NCBI GenBank assembly: GCA_951406725.2
Contig: OX597815.1
Span: 71,796,001-71,860,000, forward strand
Length of the DNA stretch: 64,000 nucleotides
From: Octopus vulgaris
Taxonomy: Eukaryota
Direction: 5' to 3'
The notes under the pieces were generated by a model, which searched no databases, was not told the origin of the DNA, and worked only from the letters and a program-made list of their open reading frames with translations. Below are positions 13,874 through 26,925 of the stretch, piece by piece (positions within the stretch are counted from its first letter, which is position 1; each line of letters opens with the position of its first letter). The translations under genes and the position numbers were made by a program.

Positions 13874-15122
13874 CAGGGGTTGGACAAAATAATGGAAACA
13901 CCTAGCATCATAGCATCATAATTTTGAAATATCTATAAAACTGTCAGAAGCTTGTTTATTTTTGTCTTTGTTTTTATTTATTTTTAGTGTTGCTTAATAT
14001 GTTTTGCTAAAATTGCTATTTCTTTTTAGATATCATCAGAAAAAGGTAATTTAAATTCATTGAAATAACAGACCTATTGTACTTTCAAAGAGGTCAAATT
14101 GTTGGTGCTCATATGGCAGGCGCTAGCATAACGAAAACAGCCAAAATGTTTGGTGTATCAAGAAGTACTGTCTTGAGAGCCTTGGAAAGAGAGGGGAAAA
14201 CCTCCTCATCGAAACAAAACTCTGGACAAAAACCAAAACTTTCAGATAGGGACCATCGGACTCTTAAGTGAATTGTTAGAAAGGATCACAAAAGTATAGG
14301 TCCCAAAATTACTGCAGAGCTTAATGACCACCTTGGGAACCCAGTTTCCACAAAATCTGTTCGCCAGGAGCTGCACAAAGCCGGATTTCACGGGAGGGCT
14401 GCAATGAAAAAACTACCACTTTCAAAAACAAACATTGCAAAACATTTACAGTGGAGTAAAAGCCTACAGAATTGGTCCCTAGAGCAGTGGAAGAATGTTA
14501 TATTCTCAGACAAGTCATCCTTTACCTTATTTCCAACCACTGGCTGAGTATATGTGTGGAGACAGCCAAAAGAAGCATTTGACCCAGACTGCCTTTTTCC
14601 AACTGTAAAGCATGGAGGAGGGTCTGTGATGATTGGGGGGTGGGTTATAATCTTGGAAATCCGCCAGCCCAATGGTTTCCCTTCATGGCAGAATTAATAG
14701 TCAAGACTATTCAAGCATTTTATCTGATCAAATTCATCCTATGGTTGCGGAACTGTTTCCTGAGGGAAATGTAATCTTTCAGGATGATAATGCACCAATT
14801 CACAGAGCTAAATTTGTTACTGAATGGCACGAGGGACATTCTAGTGAAGTTGAACATCTTATCTGGCCACCACGATCCCCAGATCTCAATATTATTGAAC
14901 ATTTACGGTGCATTTTAGAAAAACAAGTAAGGAGTCGATATCCTCCACCATCATCACTACAAGAACTGGAGACTGTTTTAGCTGAAGAACGGACAAAAAT
15001 TTCTTTGGAAACAATTCAAACTTGTAGAATTCAAGCTGTAATTACTGCCAAAGGTGGGCCTACCCCATATTAAAATAAATTTGTTTGAAATTTTAAGGTG
15101 TTTCCATTTTGTCTAACCCCTG
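13874..15122 (+). mobile_element. full-length Tc1-like transposon (DD36E spacing), transposase disrupted
   Basis: TIRs CAGGGGTTGGACAAAATAATGGAAACACC / GGTGTTTCCATTTTGTCTAACCCCTG with TA on both sides; HTH region (FQRGQIVG...FGVSRSTV), TVKHGGGSVMI, FQDDNAPIH...WPPRSPDLNIIE; stops and frameshifts. Confidence 0.9.
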
Positions 15123-16462
15123 TATATATATATATTATATATTATATATCAAACCCAAACTGTTACATTTAAATTGTTATCTACATAATTGCCTCTCTCT
15201 CTCTCTCTCTCCATATATATATATATATATATAGATAGATAGATATATCGGTGCCCCAGACTGAAGCAAGTAAAAGTATTATTTTTAATCAGTAAAGGTT
15301 ATAACCATTTCTGTAACCCAAGGTGCCATGCAATGGACTTGAGCTTGAAACCATAAGATTGCAGTGCAAACTTCTTAGCCACGCTGCCATATCTGGACTG
15401 TTGTACATATCTGCATGTTTTTACCAAAACATTTGTGTAGATGCACACATACACAATTACATCAAGATTCCTGTCTCTACAGAAGAGCTGACATTAAGTC
15501 TAAGACTAACTTTGAAACCATGCCAATGGTTTTATAAATTTTGAATGCAACAGAATATTTTAATATAATCAACCACTTCCCTATCTCATTTCTTTGTATC
15601 TTTAATTATTATTTTTTTAATTAACATTGTTTTTAAGTGCAGGCATGGTTTTGTGGTAAGAATTTTGCTTTCTGCCCACATAGTTTCTGGTTCAATCCCA
15701 CTGCTTGACACATTAGACTTAGTATCTTCTACTATAGCCCCAGGTTAACCAAAGTAGGTAGATTTGGTAGGAGGAAACTGGAAGATGCGCATCATATATC
15801 TGTGTGTGTGTGTGTATTACTGCCTCTTACCTTGATGTTACTTGATAATTGAGGAAACATGTCTGGTCATAAGGAAAATATTATTTTGCTTAGAAACAGG
15901 TGTGGGTTGGGGTCAGGAATGGCCTCCAGCCATAGAGCATTTGTATCAAGCATGGAGAAGCGGACATTAAAACAGTGATGATTTACACATATTTAGTTGT
16001 ATTGGAACTCAGTGGTGGTAGTCAGTAGCAAACCATTTTGGAATTCTCACTGTTAAGAGTAAAGCTTCTAAAATGAATGGGGGAAAATTCAAAGGGTTAT
16101 TTTTGTGAAATGGTTAGTATGTTTGTCATGTTCCCAGAAATTGTGGCTTTCGGTTGCATTGACAGCCTTTTTTTCTTTTCCAATCCAATAGTTTTTTTGG
16201 TTTTTTTTACCCAATATTTTCATGCTATTATTTAGAGTTTTATCTACTTTCAGTGCCACCATTAAAAATAATTTGTAAATAAATGAAGAGAGATGTACTT
16301 TTATTGTTGTGCTTCTTCTGAAGGTCAATTAATTCTTCTAGAGTTCTTATGAATAAAGAGCAATGCAAATAAATGTTTATGGTTGGTGCCTTGTTGATTT
16401 TTAGATTCTGTAAGTCTTGTTAATACTTAGCATATATGTGCATGCTTGTGTGTGCACACACA

Positions 16463-16497
<35 letters not shown>

Positions 16498-18038
16498 TCT
16501 CACTCATATACACTTATAAATTATCATCTTTTAAATCTCTTGATGCCAACCCGCCTGAGACCACCCTTACTTGTATAATACAAGCTTTCTGTTTTAAAGA
16601 TATCTAAATTAAAAAGACTTTCTAACAAAATTTTATGTAAATTTCTGTTGCAAACATCAGTTTAAGAAAAAGAAAATTATTTCATGAAATTCCTTGTTAT
16701 TTCCAAAGTTAATTTAAACAAAGGCAGTTTTAGTTCAGCAGAAATATAGTAAGAAAAAGGTTAATATTAACTTTTTCATGCCTGCGTGGGTCAGATGAGG
16801 CTACAAGTTGGAGTAGGAGTTTTTTATGGACAGATATCATTCCTGAATCCAAACCTCACCTGTTTCTATTAGCTCTATTATGATAAAAAAAAACAGCATG
16901 CAATATGTTGCAAGAAGCATATACATGCTGCCACTGTAGACTATAAGTCAGTGCTCCGCAACCATTTTTCAGTTGTGGTACATTTATATTCTTTTCAAAA
17001 TACGGCAGCAAACCTGAACTAAAAATATAACTAAAAGTATAGGGAATAACATTATATTCAGGTTATACTGCAACACACCTAACATTGTCTTGTAACACAC
17101 CAGTGTGCCATGGCATGCCAGTTGCAGAGCACTGTTCTAAGCAAACATTACAGTCCCTATGAGCAGTGAAACTTTTTCTTACAGAGTGTACACACATGTG
17201 AAGACAAAAGGAAATATGAACTCACACGCACACACACACATACACACACATGATGGGCTTCTTCAGTCTATGTTTACACTTTCACTCACAAGGTCTTAAT
17301 CAGCCTTTGGCTATAATAAAGGACACCTACTGATAGTGGCTAAGAAGCTTGCTTCCCAGCCAAGTGGTTTTGGGTTCAATCCTACTGCATGGCACCATGG
17401 GCAATTTCTTTTACTCTAGCCCCAGGCTGACCTCTAAGCCTACAAATAGATTTGGGTGGCAAAAACTGATAGAAGCCTTTCATATATGTGTGAGTGTCTT
17501 CTTGTCTTGACATCACAAGATAGTTTTTATGACCATTACTTCCATTACAGGTGGTATGTCTGTCTCATTTTCAGTCTTCTTAGAAAATCTGTTTCAACAA
17601 ATTCTATCTGACTCATACAAGCAAGGAAAAGTGAACATTAAAATGATGGTAATAATGTAATAAAGACAGCAAACTGGCAGAATTGTTAGTATGCATGGGC
17701 AAAATGCGTAGCAGCATTACATCTGTTTTTATTTTCTGAGTTCAAATTCCATCTTTGCCTTTCATTCTTTCAGGGTCAATAAAATTAGTATCAGTTGATT
17801 ACTGGGGTCAATATAATCAACTTACCCCTTCCTCCGAAATTGCTGGCCTTGTGCCAAAATTTGAAACCAATAATGTAATAAAGAGATTTCATTCCAAGAT
17901 TTTATCTAAATTTAAAAATTTCTCTAGAGGTGGACATAAACAGGTTGCTGTTGAAAGGGTCAAGCTACACTATGACAGCAAAATAGATTTTTAAAAAAGG
18001 GTAGGAGTATCACTACTTCTTGAACTCCTCTGATTGTG

Positions 18039-18396
18039 CAGGGTGTTCCTAAAGTCTGGACACAGGCAAAATCTTTTTTTTTTTTTTTTCAAGAAATATT
18101 TTCAACAATTTATTCAATTGGAATATTAACAAAAAATATCTTCAATATGATTTTCACCATTTGTGATGCAAAAGTCGATGTGCTTTGCAAGATTGACATG
18201 AACCTGATGCAATAACTCCACCCTGCTGTCAATTTGAGTTCATTCACTCTTTATGCATTCCATCAAGTGTTGCATCTGTGATTTTCATCGAGTAAAAAAT
18301 ATATAGGTAAAATATAATATATAAAATATATATACAAAATATATATAAAATATAGTTAATGAAATTTCCTGTGTCCAGACTTTAGGGAAAACTCTG
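18039..18396 (-). mobile_element. internally deleted Tc1/mariner derivative (MITE-like)
   Basis: TIRs CAGGGTGTTCCTAAAGTCTGGACACAGG / CCTGTGTCCAGACTTTAGGGAAAACTCTG then TA; minus strand keeps a transposase C-terminal-like peptide (HIDFCITNGENHIED). Confidence 0.7.
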
Positions 18397-18805
18397 TAGA
18401 ACAGCTTGATCAAGGCTGACTTGTGGCTGAACAACAGCATGTATGTAGCAGCTAATGGCAACCTGCAAAACACCTGCATAAGACCTGCATGTAATCTTTT
18501 AGATTTATTATTCTTGGCAGAAGTTCAACTTTAGTTTTGAATGGGTTTTTTTTAAGAAAATTGGAGAGGGGTGTGGGGCAACAAGAAGACAGCTTTACAA
18601 CGATCAAAGAAGAAATAAAAATGGACAGTGTGTTCTGGTGTAGGCATGGGTGTGTAGGTAAGGAGTTTGCTTCACAACCATGTGGTTTCAGGTGCAGTCT
18701 TACTGCATTTTAGCCTGGGCAAACATCTATTATGACCCCAATTCAACAAATGCCTTGTACGTGAAAATGGGTGCCAGAAACTGTGCCAGGCCCATTGTAT
18801 TTATA

Positions 18806-19100
18806 GGTGCAGGCATGGCTGTGTGATAAGAAGTTTGTTTCTAACCACATGGTCCTGGGTTCAGTCCCACTGTGTGACACCTTGGGCAAGTGTCTCCTAC
18901 TATAGCCTCGGGCTGACCTAAGCCTTGTGAGTGGATTTTGTAGACGGAAACTGAAAGAAGCCTGTCATATGTATATATATATATATGTGTGTGCATATAT
19001 ATCTGTTAAAAATAAGTACTGGGGTCGATTCATTCAACTAAAAATTCAAGGTGGTGACCCAGCATGGCTGCAGTCTACTGACTGAAACAAGTAAAAGATA
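18806..19100 (+). mobile_element. tRNA-derived SINE, representative of a family with many copies here (e.g. ~7450, ~15640, ~17335, ~24830(-), ~39680, ~43215, ~51410)
   Basis: Head GGCATGGCTGTGTG...GGTTCAGTCCC (A/B-box-like), conserved body GGGCAAGTGTCTCCTACTATAGCC...GACGGAAACTGAAAGAAGCC, internal microsatellite, tail GAAACAAGTAAAAGA. Confidence 0.8.
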
Positions 19101-19739
19101 CAAGCCTAAATACATGTGTTTGTGTGCACTTGTGTGTGTGTAATTTTCCTCTCGATTCTCCAACCATTGATTCAAATTAAATTAGCACACTTGTAAATTT
19201 TGTTCATGTTAATACATATTTTTTATTTAATTCATGAAATGTGTTTTTCCTGACTAGCATAGACTGGATGGGAGACTTAAGGCAAGATTTTGTGGCTGGA
19301 TGCTCCTCCCATCACCAACACTTACCTGTTGCTCATGTCAGGTCTTTGAAAGCACAGAACAACCAATTGTAATGCCAGCAAGGAACGTAAACAACATATT
19401 ACTGATGCACTCAGATGGTGACAGGCAAAGCCATGAAATGTCAACATCCACACATGTGCATGCATGCACCTATCAATGCAACATTTATGAGCAGTTAGGG
19501 CAAGCAATACCAATCAGTTGCCACCCCCTTGTTTATCATGTCCCCAAAAGAAGGATGGGAATAAAAATAAAGATAAGTTCATACGGCAAAACCTAGTTTC
19601 GATTGCGTTGTTGCTGCAGTTGTTTTTGTTTAGCCCTAGACCATATCTATCTCTGATTTACAAAGTTCCAGCCTTGGCCATCCCATCCCTGCAGGCTTAA
19701 TGTATTAAAAGGTACATGATCTGATGTGTCCTTTCTTTC

Positions 19740-19913
19740 TTAACCCTTTCATAAGTTTTGAATTAAAATCTTCCACCAAACCTCAGTCACAATTTATGTT
19801 CCTAACACTAGCTTAATGATAACTAAGTTATTTTACTAAATTCTTTATTATATTTAAAGTAATTGAAAGAAACACAGAGCATCTTAAAATAAATACAGTA
19901 ACGAAAGGGTTAA
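19740..19913. mobile_element. piggyBac-type MITE
   Basis: TTAA-CCCTTTC ... GAAAGGG-TTAA termini. Confidence 0.65.
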
Positions 19914-22900
19914 GGCAGTCATGTACAAAGATTTGAAGTAAATTTAGCTGCTATTTTTAAGAAGGTTTATAATTTCCCAAATTTAAATTTATTTTGCTAA
20001 GCCAAAGCCTCATTGCCACTCACCCTCATCCTCCACACATATATAGAAATTCTAATTTAAAATGAAAGTAGAATGGATAGATTTCAGTGGAATGTTGTTG
20101 GGTTTTGTGGGGTGGGGGGGCATTTAAAACTGTTCAAGCAATGAGATGTTACAATGTCCTGTTGTAGAATTTCTACATGTAATGACTAGACATAAAGCAC
20201 AAGAGCAACAACAGCAATAGCAGCAACTTCTTCAGGAATGTCATAAACCATGTTAGCTCAAAATAACTCTGGGATTATGTAGTCAACTTAGTATAGAGGT
20301 TCTCAAAAAGCCAGGGTATGCATACTCTCAGGGGTATACATATGTAAAGTTGGGCCTCCCATAAGCTTTAATGCACTAGAACAGTTTTTTTTTCCTGAAT
20401 ATGCACTGCTGAAATTTAGGTGTGTCTATAACCATACATCTTTTATACCAATGTTCTCAACTGGAGGTCCATATAAGATTTTATGGAGATACGCTAGTAT
20501 TTTAAGAATCTATGAAATCAATTTTGCTTCAGATGTAATTATTGTAAGAAACAGATAGGTTTCTATCTCCAACATTTTACATTTTAACATGTTCTTTCAG
20601 AGAGTGGCTGTTGCAAACCTATACAAATTAATGTGTGAAAAACAAAATAGGAATTTTGAAAGAAATGTCTATAAATTTAGTTTTCAGCATTTAAACTGGC
20701 CATATCTGGCCTAGATGTTCTACCTGTTTTATGTTCAAATTGGCTATATCAGGCCTCTCACACCTAGCCCACATTGACATTCTAAAAATATGCAATCACA
20801 TCGAAATCTTGAAGCTATGAGATAATGCATGATTAATTCAAAACAGTGTGAATAAATAAGCATTATTGCTGACAGAGAAATATGAATGCCAAATGGTTAA
20901 CCCTTTAGCATTCAGGTTTGGAATAGAAGTACTACTCACTTTGAAATACAAGTATTACTCATTTTGAAATACAAGTACTACTCTCTTTTGCCAGCTGAGT
21001 GGACTGGATCAATGTGAAATTAAGTGTCTTGCTCAAGGACACAACACATTACCAGGAATTGAACTCATGACCTTACAATTGTGAGCTGAATACCCTAACC
21101 ACTAAGCCATGCACCTTCACTGAAATATCAATAACTCTCCACTGAACAGGACACTGCTCTGTCACAGGGTTAACTTCCCAGCTATCGTTGGAACTCATTT
21201 CTGGCTGAGTGAACTGAAGCAGTGTGAAATGAAGTGTCATTTTGCTCAAGAACACAATGCTCTACCTGATCTGGGAATTGAGATTACGATCCACAGATCA
21301 TGAGTGCAATGCCCTAATCACTAGGTTTCGCAGTTTCACTCTTTTTGCAGGTAGAGAAAAAGGAAAAATTTCTTAAAAGTTTGAATCAAAAAAATTCATA
21401 TTAGAAACTGTAAAAAGATATGTAAATTCTTTACTTGATGGTGTTGATGGTGCTATAGTGTTACCATTAATAAAATTCTCAGAGAACTTCACTTTCTTTT
21501 CTTTTATTTATATGATTATTGTTGTTTTTTATACTAATAATAATACTATCAATAATAGCAGCAGCATTAAATTACTGTCATTGCAATAATTATTATTCAC
21601 TCATTATTTCTATTATTATTATTATTATTTGTGATAATTTTAACTTACATAGAAATTGAGTTACATTTTATGAACATATTTGAAAGTTAAATGAAAATAA
21701 AAGAAATGGAAACCCAGATTTTTTTTCTTTCTTTCTTTCTTTTTTGATTTTTGTAAATTTTATTTCTGTGAAGAATCATTATTAATGCATAGAATCGGAG
21801 AAGCAATGGAAATCAACAATCATTTCCACCTGCTTGAACAACGACAACAGCAAAAAAAAAAAAAATAGAAAAGAAAAAACATTGCTCTGTTTGTGGTTCT
21901 CATTTCTTTTCTCTTTAAAAGCTAAAAGAATGCAAGTCGGTTGGTTGGTGAGAGCAGGGGTTTAAAATTTTATTTTCTATTCTGAAGAGAAATATTTGTG
22001 AACTTAGACTATTCTTGAAAATGCTCTTGCATTCTTTCACAATTTTTCAAGCTTCTTATCACTGTCATACGGGGTGCTGTGAGTTGTTGTTGTTATTATC
22101 ATTATTATTACGTTGTGAACAGTGGAAAGTTTCAAAAAAGTTGTTTGTTCCATGGAGTTAGTATAAAGTAAAAAGTACTGAGCTGGTGTGTGCAATGTTA
22201 TGGCCATTGGCAAATGGTCTTTTATTAGAACTGTATTTTGTCAGCATGTCAAGTTCAAAATACCTAATATTCTTATGTTTAATGCTAGAAGAGCATTGAA
22301 TTTTAAAATGCAGCAAAACAAAAATAACTATTTGTTAAAACACAATTCATATTACAAATGTTCATAATTATCAAATAGATTTGGTAAACACACACTGACA
22401 GAAGCCCATCATGTATGTGTGTCTCTGTCTTTACTCTGCACCACTTCTTGACAACCGGTATTGGTGTGTTTATATCTCTGTAACTTAGCAGTTCAGTAAA
22501 AGAGACCACTAGAATAAGTACTGGGTTTGATTCATTTGACTAAATAAAATTATTCAAGGCAGTGCCCCAGCATGGCCACAGTGTAATGACTGAAACAAGT
22601 AAAACAAAAAAATATCTGACCATAGTTTTGTCCTGGGGAAAAAGCATCAAATTACATTTTTGTGAGGCTGCGGCCTGAGAGTTTTGGGATTTGGAGGAAT
22701 GTGGTATCATTACCACTCCTGAGGTTGTAGTACTTATCAAAACTTAATAGATGGTCCCATGACCTAAGTATGCAGGGTTGGGGTTGGGATTGGCCTCTGT
22801 CACACAGGTCCACTGATGTGTAGTCATACCCTGGTGTCATATGAAACAGTTTCCCTGCCTAACAGTTAAATAGGCCCTATGCTTCAGTGGGAACTGGATG

Positions 22901-25900
22901 CTAGCAGAGTAAACTGTAAACCACCTGGAAGAAGGCAACAAGAAACTACTGCCATATCTTTCCTTTAAAAAATCATGAATCTTAAGCCTTTGGGCATGGT
23001 GGTCCAGGATCTCCATCACCCCTCAGAATGGCACACAAAAAGAAAATGATTGAATGTAAATGAGTGGATGTAAAATTATATCTAAGATTATTTTGGAAAG
23101 GGGCATTTGACAATTATGCAGCTGCCTTCAATTTTATTATTGCCCATTTTCTGCCCTAACCCTCATGTCTTTATTACCACAAGATCTCATATTATGCTTG
23201 ATCTTATTTCAGTTTTTAAAACCACAAGATTAAACAGGCTGTTGGTTTAACGTAAGCATAGCCAGTGTGAGCCCACCACTTTTTCATCATCATCAACTTT
23301 CAGACATTATTGTCTCATGCACTAGGACCCATAGAGCCTATTACCCAATGCCCCAAATCACTACCTTCTCCCAAACACAATCCCAGTCCATTGTAGGGTT
23401 ATTCATTTACAGATGAGTGGACTGGAGTATTGTGAAATGAAGTGTTTTGCTCAATAATGCAGTGCACTGTGTTATTGAGCAAAACCACAATCTTGGGATT
23501 TGTTAGTGCAACATCCTAGCCACTATGCCACATGTTTTCACCCAACAGCTTAAGTAAAATTCATCAATAAACGATACTAACACTGTTTACAGAGAGGAAC
23601 TGGAGAAGTATCTTTTCTTGGGCCACTTTAGTAATTGAAACCAAAACTTTTAACAAAATAGGCCATCACTCTAGTGATTCAAATCAGCTGTCAGTCTTAT
23701 ATCTTGTAACAACTTACCCATATTAGAATTACTTTTCTGTTGTTTCTTGCTAGTATTTAGGTTATGTGTTAATCTTCTGCACTTTGAGAAACTGTATGTT
23801 ATATGAAAAACATTTATTGTCAGCAAATAAACTGGTTGGTGTTAGAGAGAGCATCCAGCTGTTGAAACTGTACAAAAACTGAGGCATTGGAGTAAAATAT
23901 TATTATTCTCCAACTCATTGGATCTTATTGAATTGTCCAACACCTGCAAATACAGAAAGCAGACCAAAAATGATGATGATACATACACACACCTGTATGT
24001 GATTATGAGTAGGGGTGTGTATAAGCATATATACATTTTATGCATGATAATCCTCTCTATTATAGGCACAAGGTCTGAAAGTTTTGGGGAGTAGACCAGT
24101 TAGTTACAACTCCAATACTCAACCGGTACTTATTTTATCTACCCCAAAAGGCAAAGTCTACCTTAGCAGAATTGAACTTAGAACATAAAGAGCTGGAAAA
24201 AATGCTGCTCAGCATCTTGTCCAGCATGCTAATGATTCTGCCAGCCTCCCCCACCCCAACATTATGTGCATAATAATAAATATAAAGGATTATAATGTGA
24301 GCATTCTTTGTGTAAAAGTCATTGAATCTAACTTCTGACTGAAGTTAAATATATCAAAAATATGTTTAAATTAACGTATTTAAATTTTAAAATAGCAGAT
24401 GGTGAGGCAGGGTGATGCATTAGTAAATGATGACAAACGTTAAGTCTACCTGATGATATTTTATCCACTTGATCCAAGCATACAATGAGAAATAGAATGA
24501 AAGATACCAAAGTTATGACCACCTCTCACTTTTAAGTTGTGTCAAGTAGTCATATCTTTGAACTGAAATTATTGTTTAAGTATAAAGTAAACTTAATGTA
24601 TGATATTAATACACAACCTTTTAGCATTCAGATTATTCTGTCATGGTGTAATGCTTTTTCATTCATATTGTTTCTAATAAATCATGCAATATCTCATAAT
24701 GATGTGATTGTATATTTTATAATGATATTGAAAGGTAGATATGATAGGCTGGATCTCGCTGACTTGAACATAAAACAGGTAACATATTTGGGCTGGACAT
24801 GGCCATGATAAATGCTTTAGTCAGCCTGAGGCTATAGTAGCAGACACTTGCCCAAGGTACCATGCAGTGGGACTGAACCCGGAACCATGTGGCTGGTAAG
24901 CAAGCTACTTACCACACAGCCACAGTTTCAAACACTAGCTTAACCCATTTCATATCAACCGTCCCCAGTTATGGTACAAACTTCTTGTTTTTAAGTAATC
25001 TAAATTAAAACCTCCCATCAAAATTTCCTCTTCATTTATGTTCCAAACATCAGATTAATCAGGGTGAAATTATTTTACTAAATTCTTCATTACTTTCAAA
25101 ATTAATTGAATCAAAAGTAGTGTATTTCAGCAGAAATACATTTTTAAAGAATGGGTTAATATTAATATACAAATTAATAGGAGTGAAGAATTAGGTATTT
25201 TACTAACCTTCTTCCTAAATTATTGATTATTTTCCAGGATTAAATGAAAGTTAGACCTGTGCACTTCATTAGAAATTTGGTCACAAAAGGGTTAATTAAT
25301 AAAGTACAACAATGGTAGGTTGATTGTGTGTGTATATATGCACACAATTCATTACTGCTGAGTTTGTTAGCAATAAAAGTTCTTAATGAAAAACATGGTG
25401 TCTCAAGTATGGGAGATTGGAATTGTATTATCTTTCATCAGAAGATAACAGAATGTAAGCTTAATTTGAGGCATTGTTTTACAGCCAGATGCCCTAGGGA
25501 AATACACTAAAAAAAGGGGTTAAAATAATTTTTTCTTTTGCAAAGCAAAAGGGTGGGATGGGGCAGTTGTAAAACATAATTCAATAAAAAGGAGTGCTGA
25601 GCAACCAGAATATTTAGAATCATTGCTTTAGAATTACTGGAGAAGACATGCATTTAACTTTAAATCATTGAAATTGTTAGTGTTTACCTTACTAATAGCA
25701 TTTTATGCAGCTGATGTCCCTGAGAATTTTCTTCCCTCCCCACTGTTGTTCTGCTACATTACTTGAGTAACTGAGTTGTTATTTAACAATCTGCATTTAT
25801 GTATTTTCTGAAGATCAGTCTTTGGTCATGGAGATTATGTCATTCACTTTATACAAAGGCACACAGCCTAATAGTTAGGGTATTTAATGTTTCAAACACT

Positions 25901-26925
25901 AGCTCAACTTTTTTCATACCAACTGCCCCCCGTTATCTTTGTCATGGACATTATGTCATTCACTGTACACAAAGGCACGTGGCCAGTTAAGGTGATTGTA
26001 GTCATGTGTTTGATTCCTGGACTAGGCACTGCATTGTGTTCTTGAGCAAAACACTCCATTTCACTTTACTCCAGTCTACTCGGCAGAAAATGAATGCTAG
26101 CTAACTATTCGTGCAACCCTCTCTCGTTCTAGTTATAACATCCTCGAGGGTGGTCATGGGTAGCAAGTCCAAGAAGGTGTTTATATCTGCTTATGATGAC
26201 ACAGACACCTAAAACAAGCAGCTAAGGCATGGTTTACAAGTTATGAAATCATACTTCACTCATGAGTAACAGCTTTGAAAGTTTATCCATTATCATCTTT
26301 GTATCTGTCAGTTTGGAGTCTTTGAGTCTCTATCAGTTGTGGTTCTTCAACAATTCATGGAAATTTAAACTTAATAAAAATCAGTCTAAAGGAATTCTTT
26401 CCCAAAAGGGACTTTCGTTATTTACCTCTGGTTACTGTCTTCTTACAACCATTTTTCTATATTAACCCTCCCTGCACAGATTAAATTTTTGCTGGTGATG
26501 TAACATGTTAATCATATGCAAATCAGTTCTAGCAACCTCTTTCTATTGGTCAGTAAAAATAAAATTTGTGTACTACATCATAGGAACGATGGAGAATTCT
26601 AGGAAGTACCCCAATGTCAAAAATGAGTCAACTCAGTTCTTGTGTCTCAAGTGCACATACACAAAGCTCAGTATACTCTGTTCCCACAAGGATGTCTTAA
26701 TTTAATCAGGATTAAGACATCAATAGAACTGTTGTAATTTATTGCAATATCTTAACTACTTCTCTTCATAGCACTGTTGTCTTTGTACTTGAAACAGTCT
26801 TTTAAAACCTAGCTCCTATTGCAGCTGTGATTATTCTATTGAATCTGAATTTATGTTCAGTATTATTTTAATGATAATATATTAAATAACATTTATAGCA
26901 ACGTTTATTGTTTGTTTATTTGCAG

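Noticed and set aside
20925-20990. Three ~22 bp tandem copies (TTTGAAATACAAGTA.TACTC)
   Set aside because: Looks like a slippage-type SINE tail repeat; no evidence of function.
625-26705. Most 60-160 aa ORFs in the track
   Set aside because: Apart from the transposase and LINE fragments listed, they fall in SINEs, microsatellites or AT-rich DNA with no recognisable domains.
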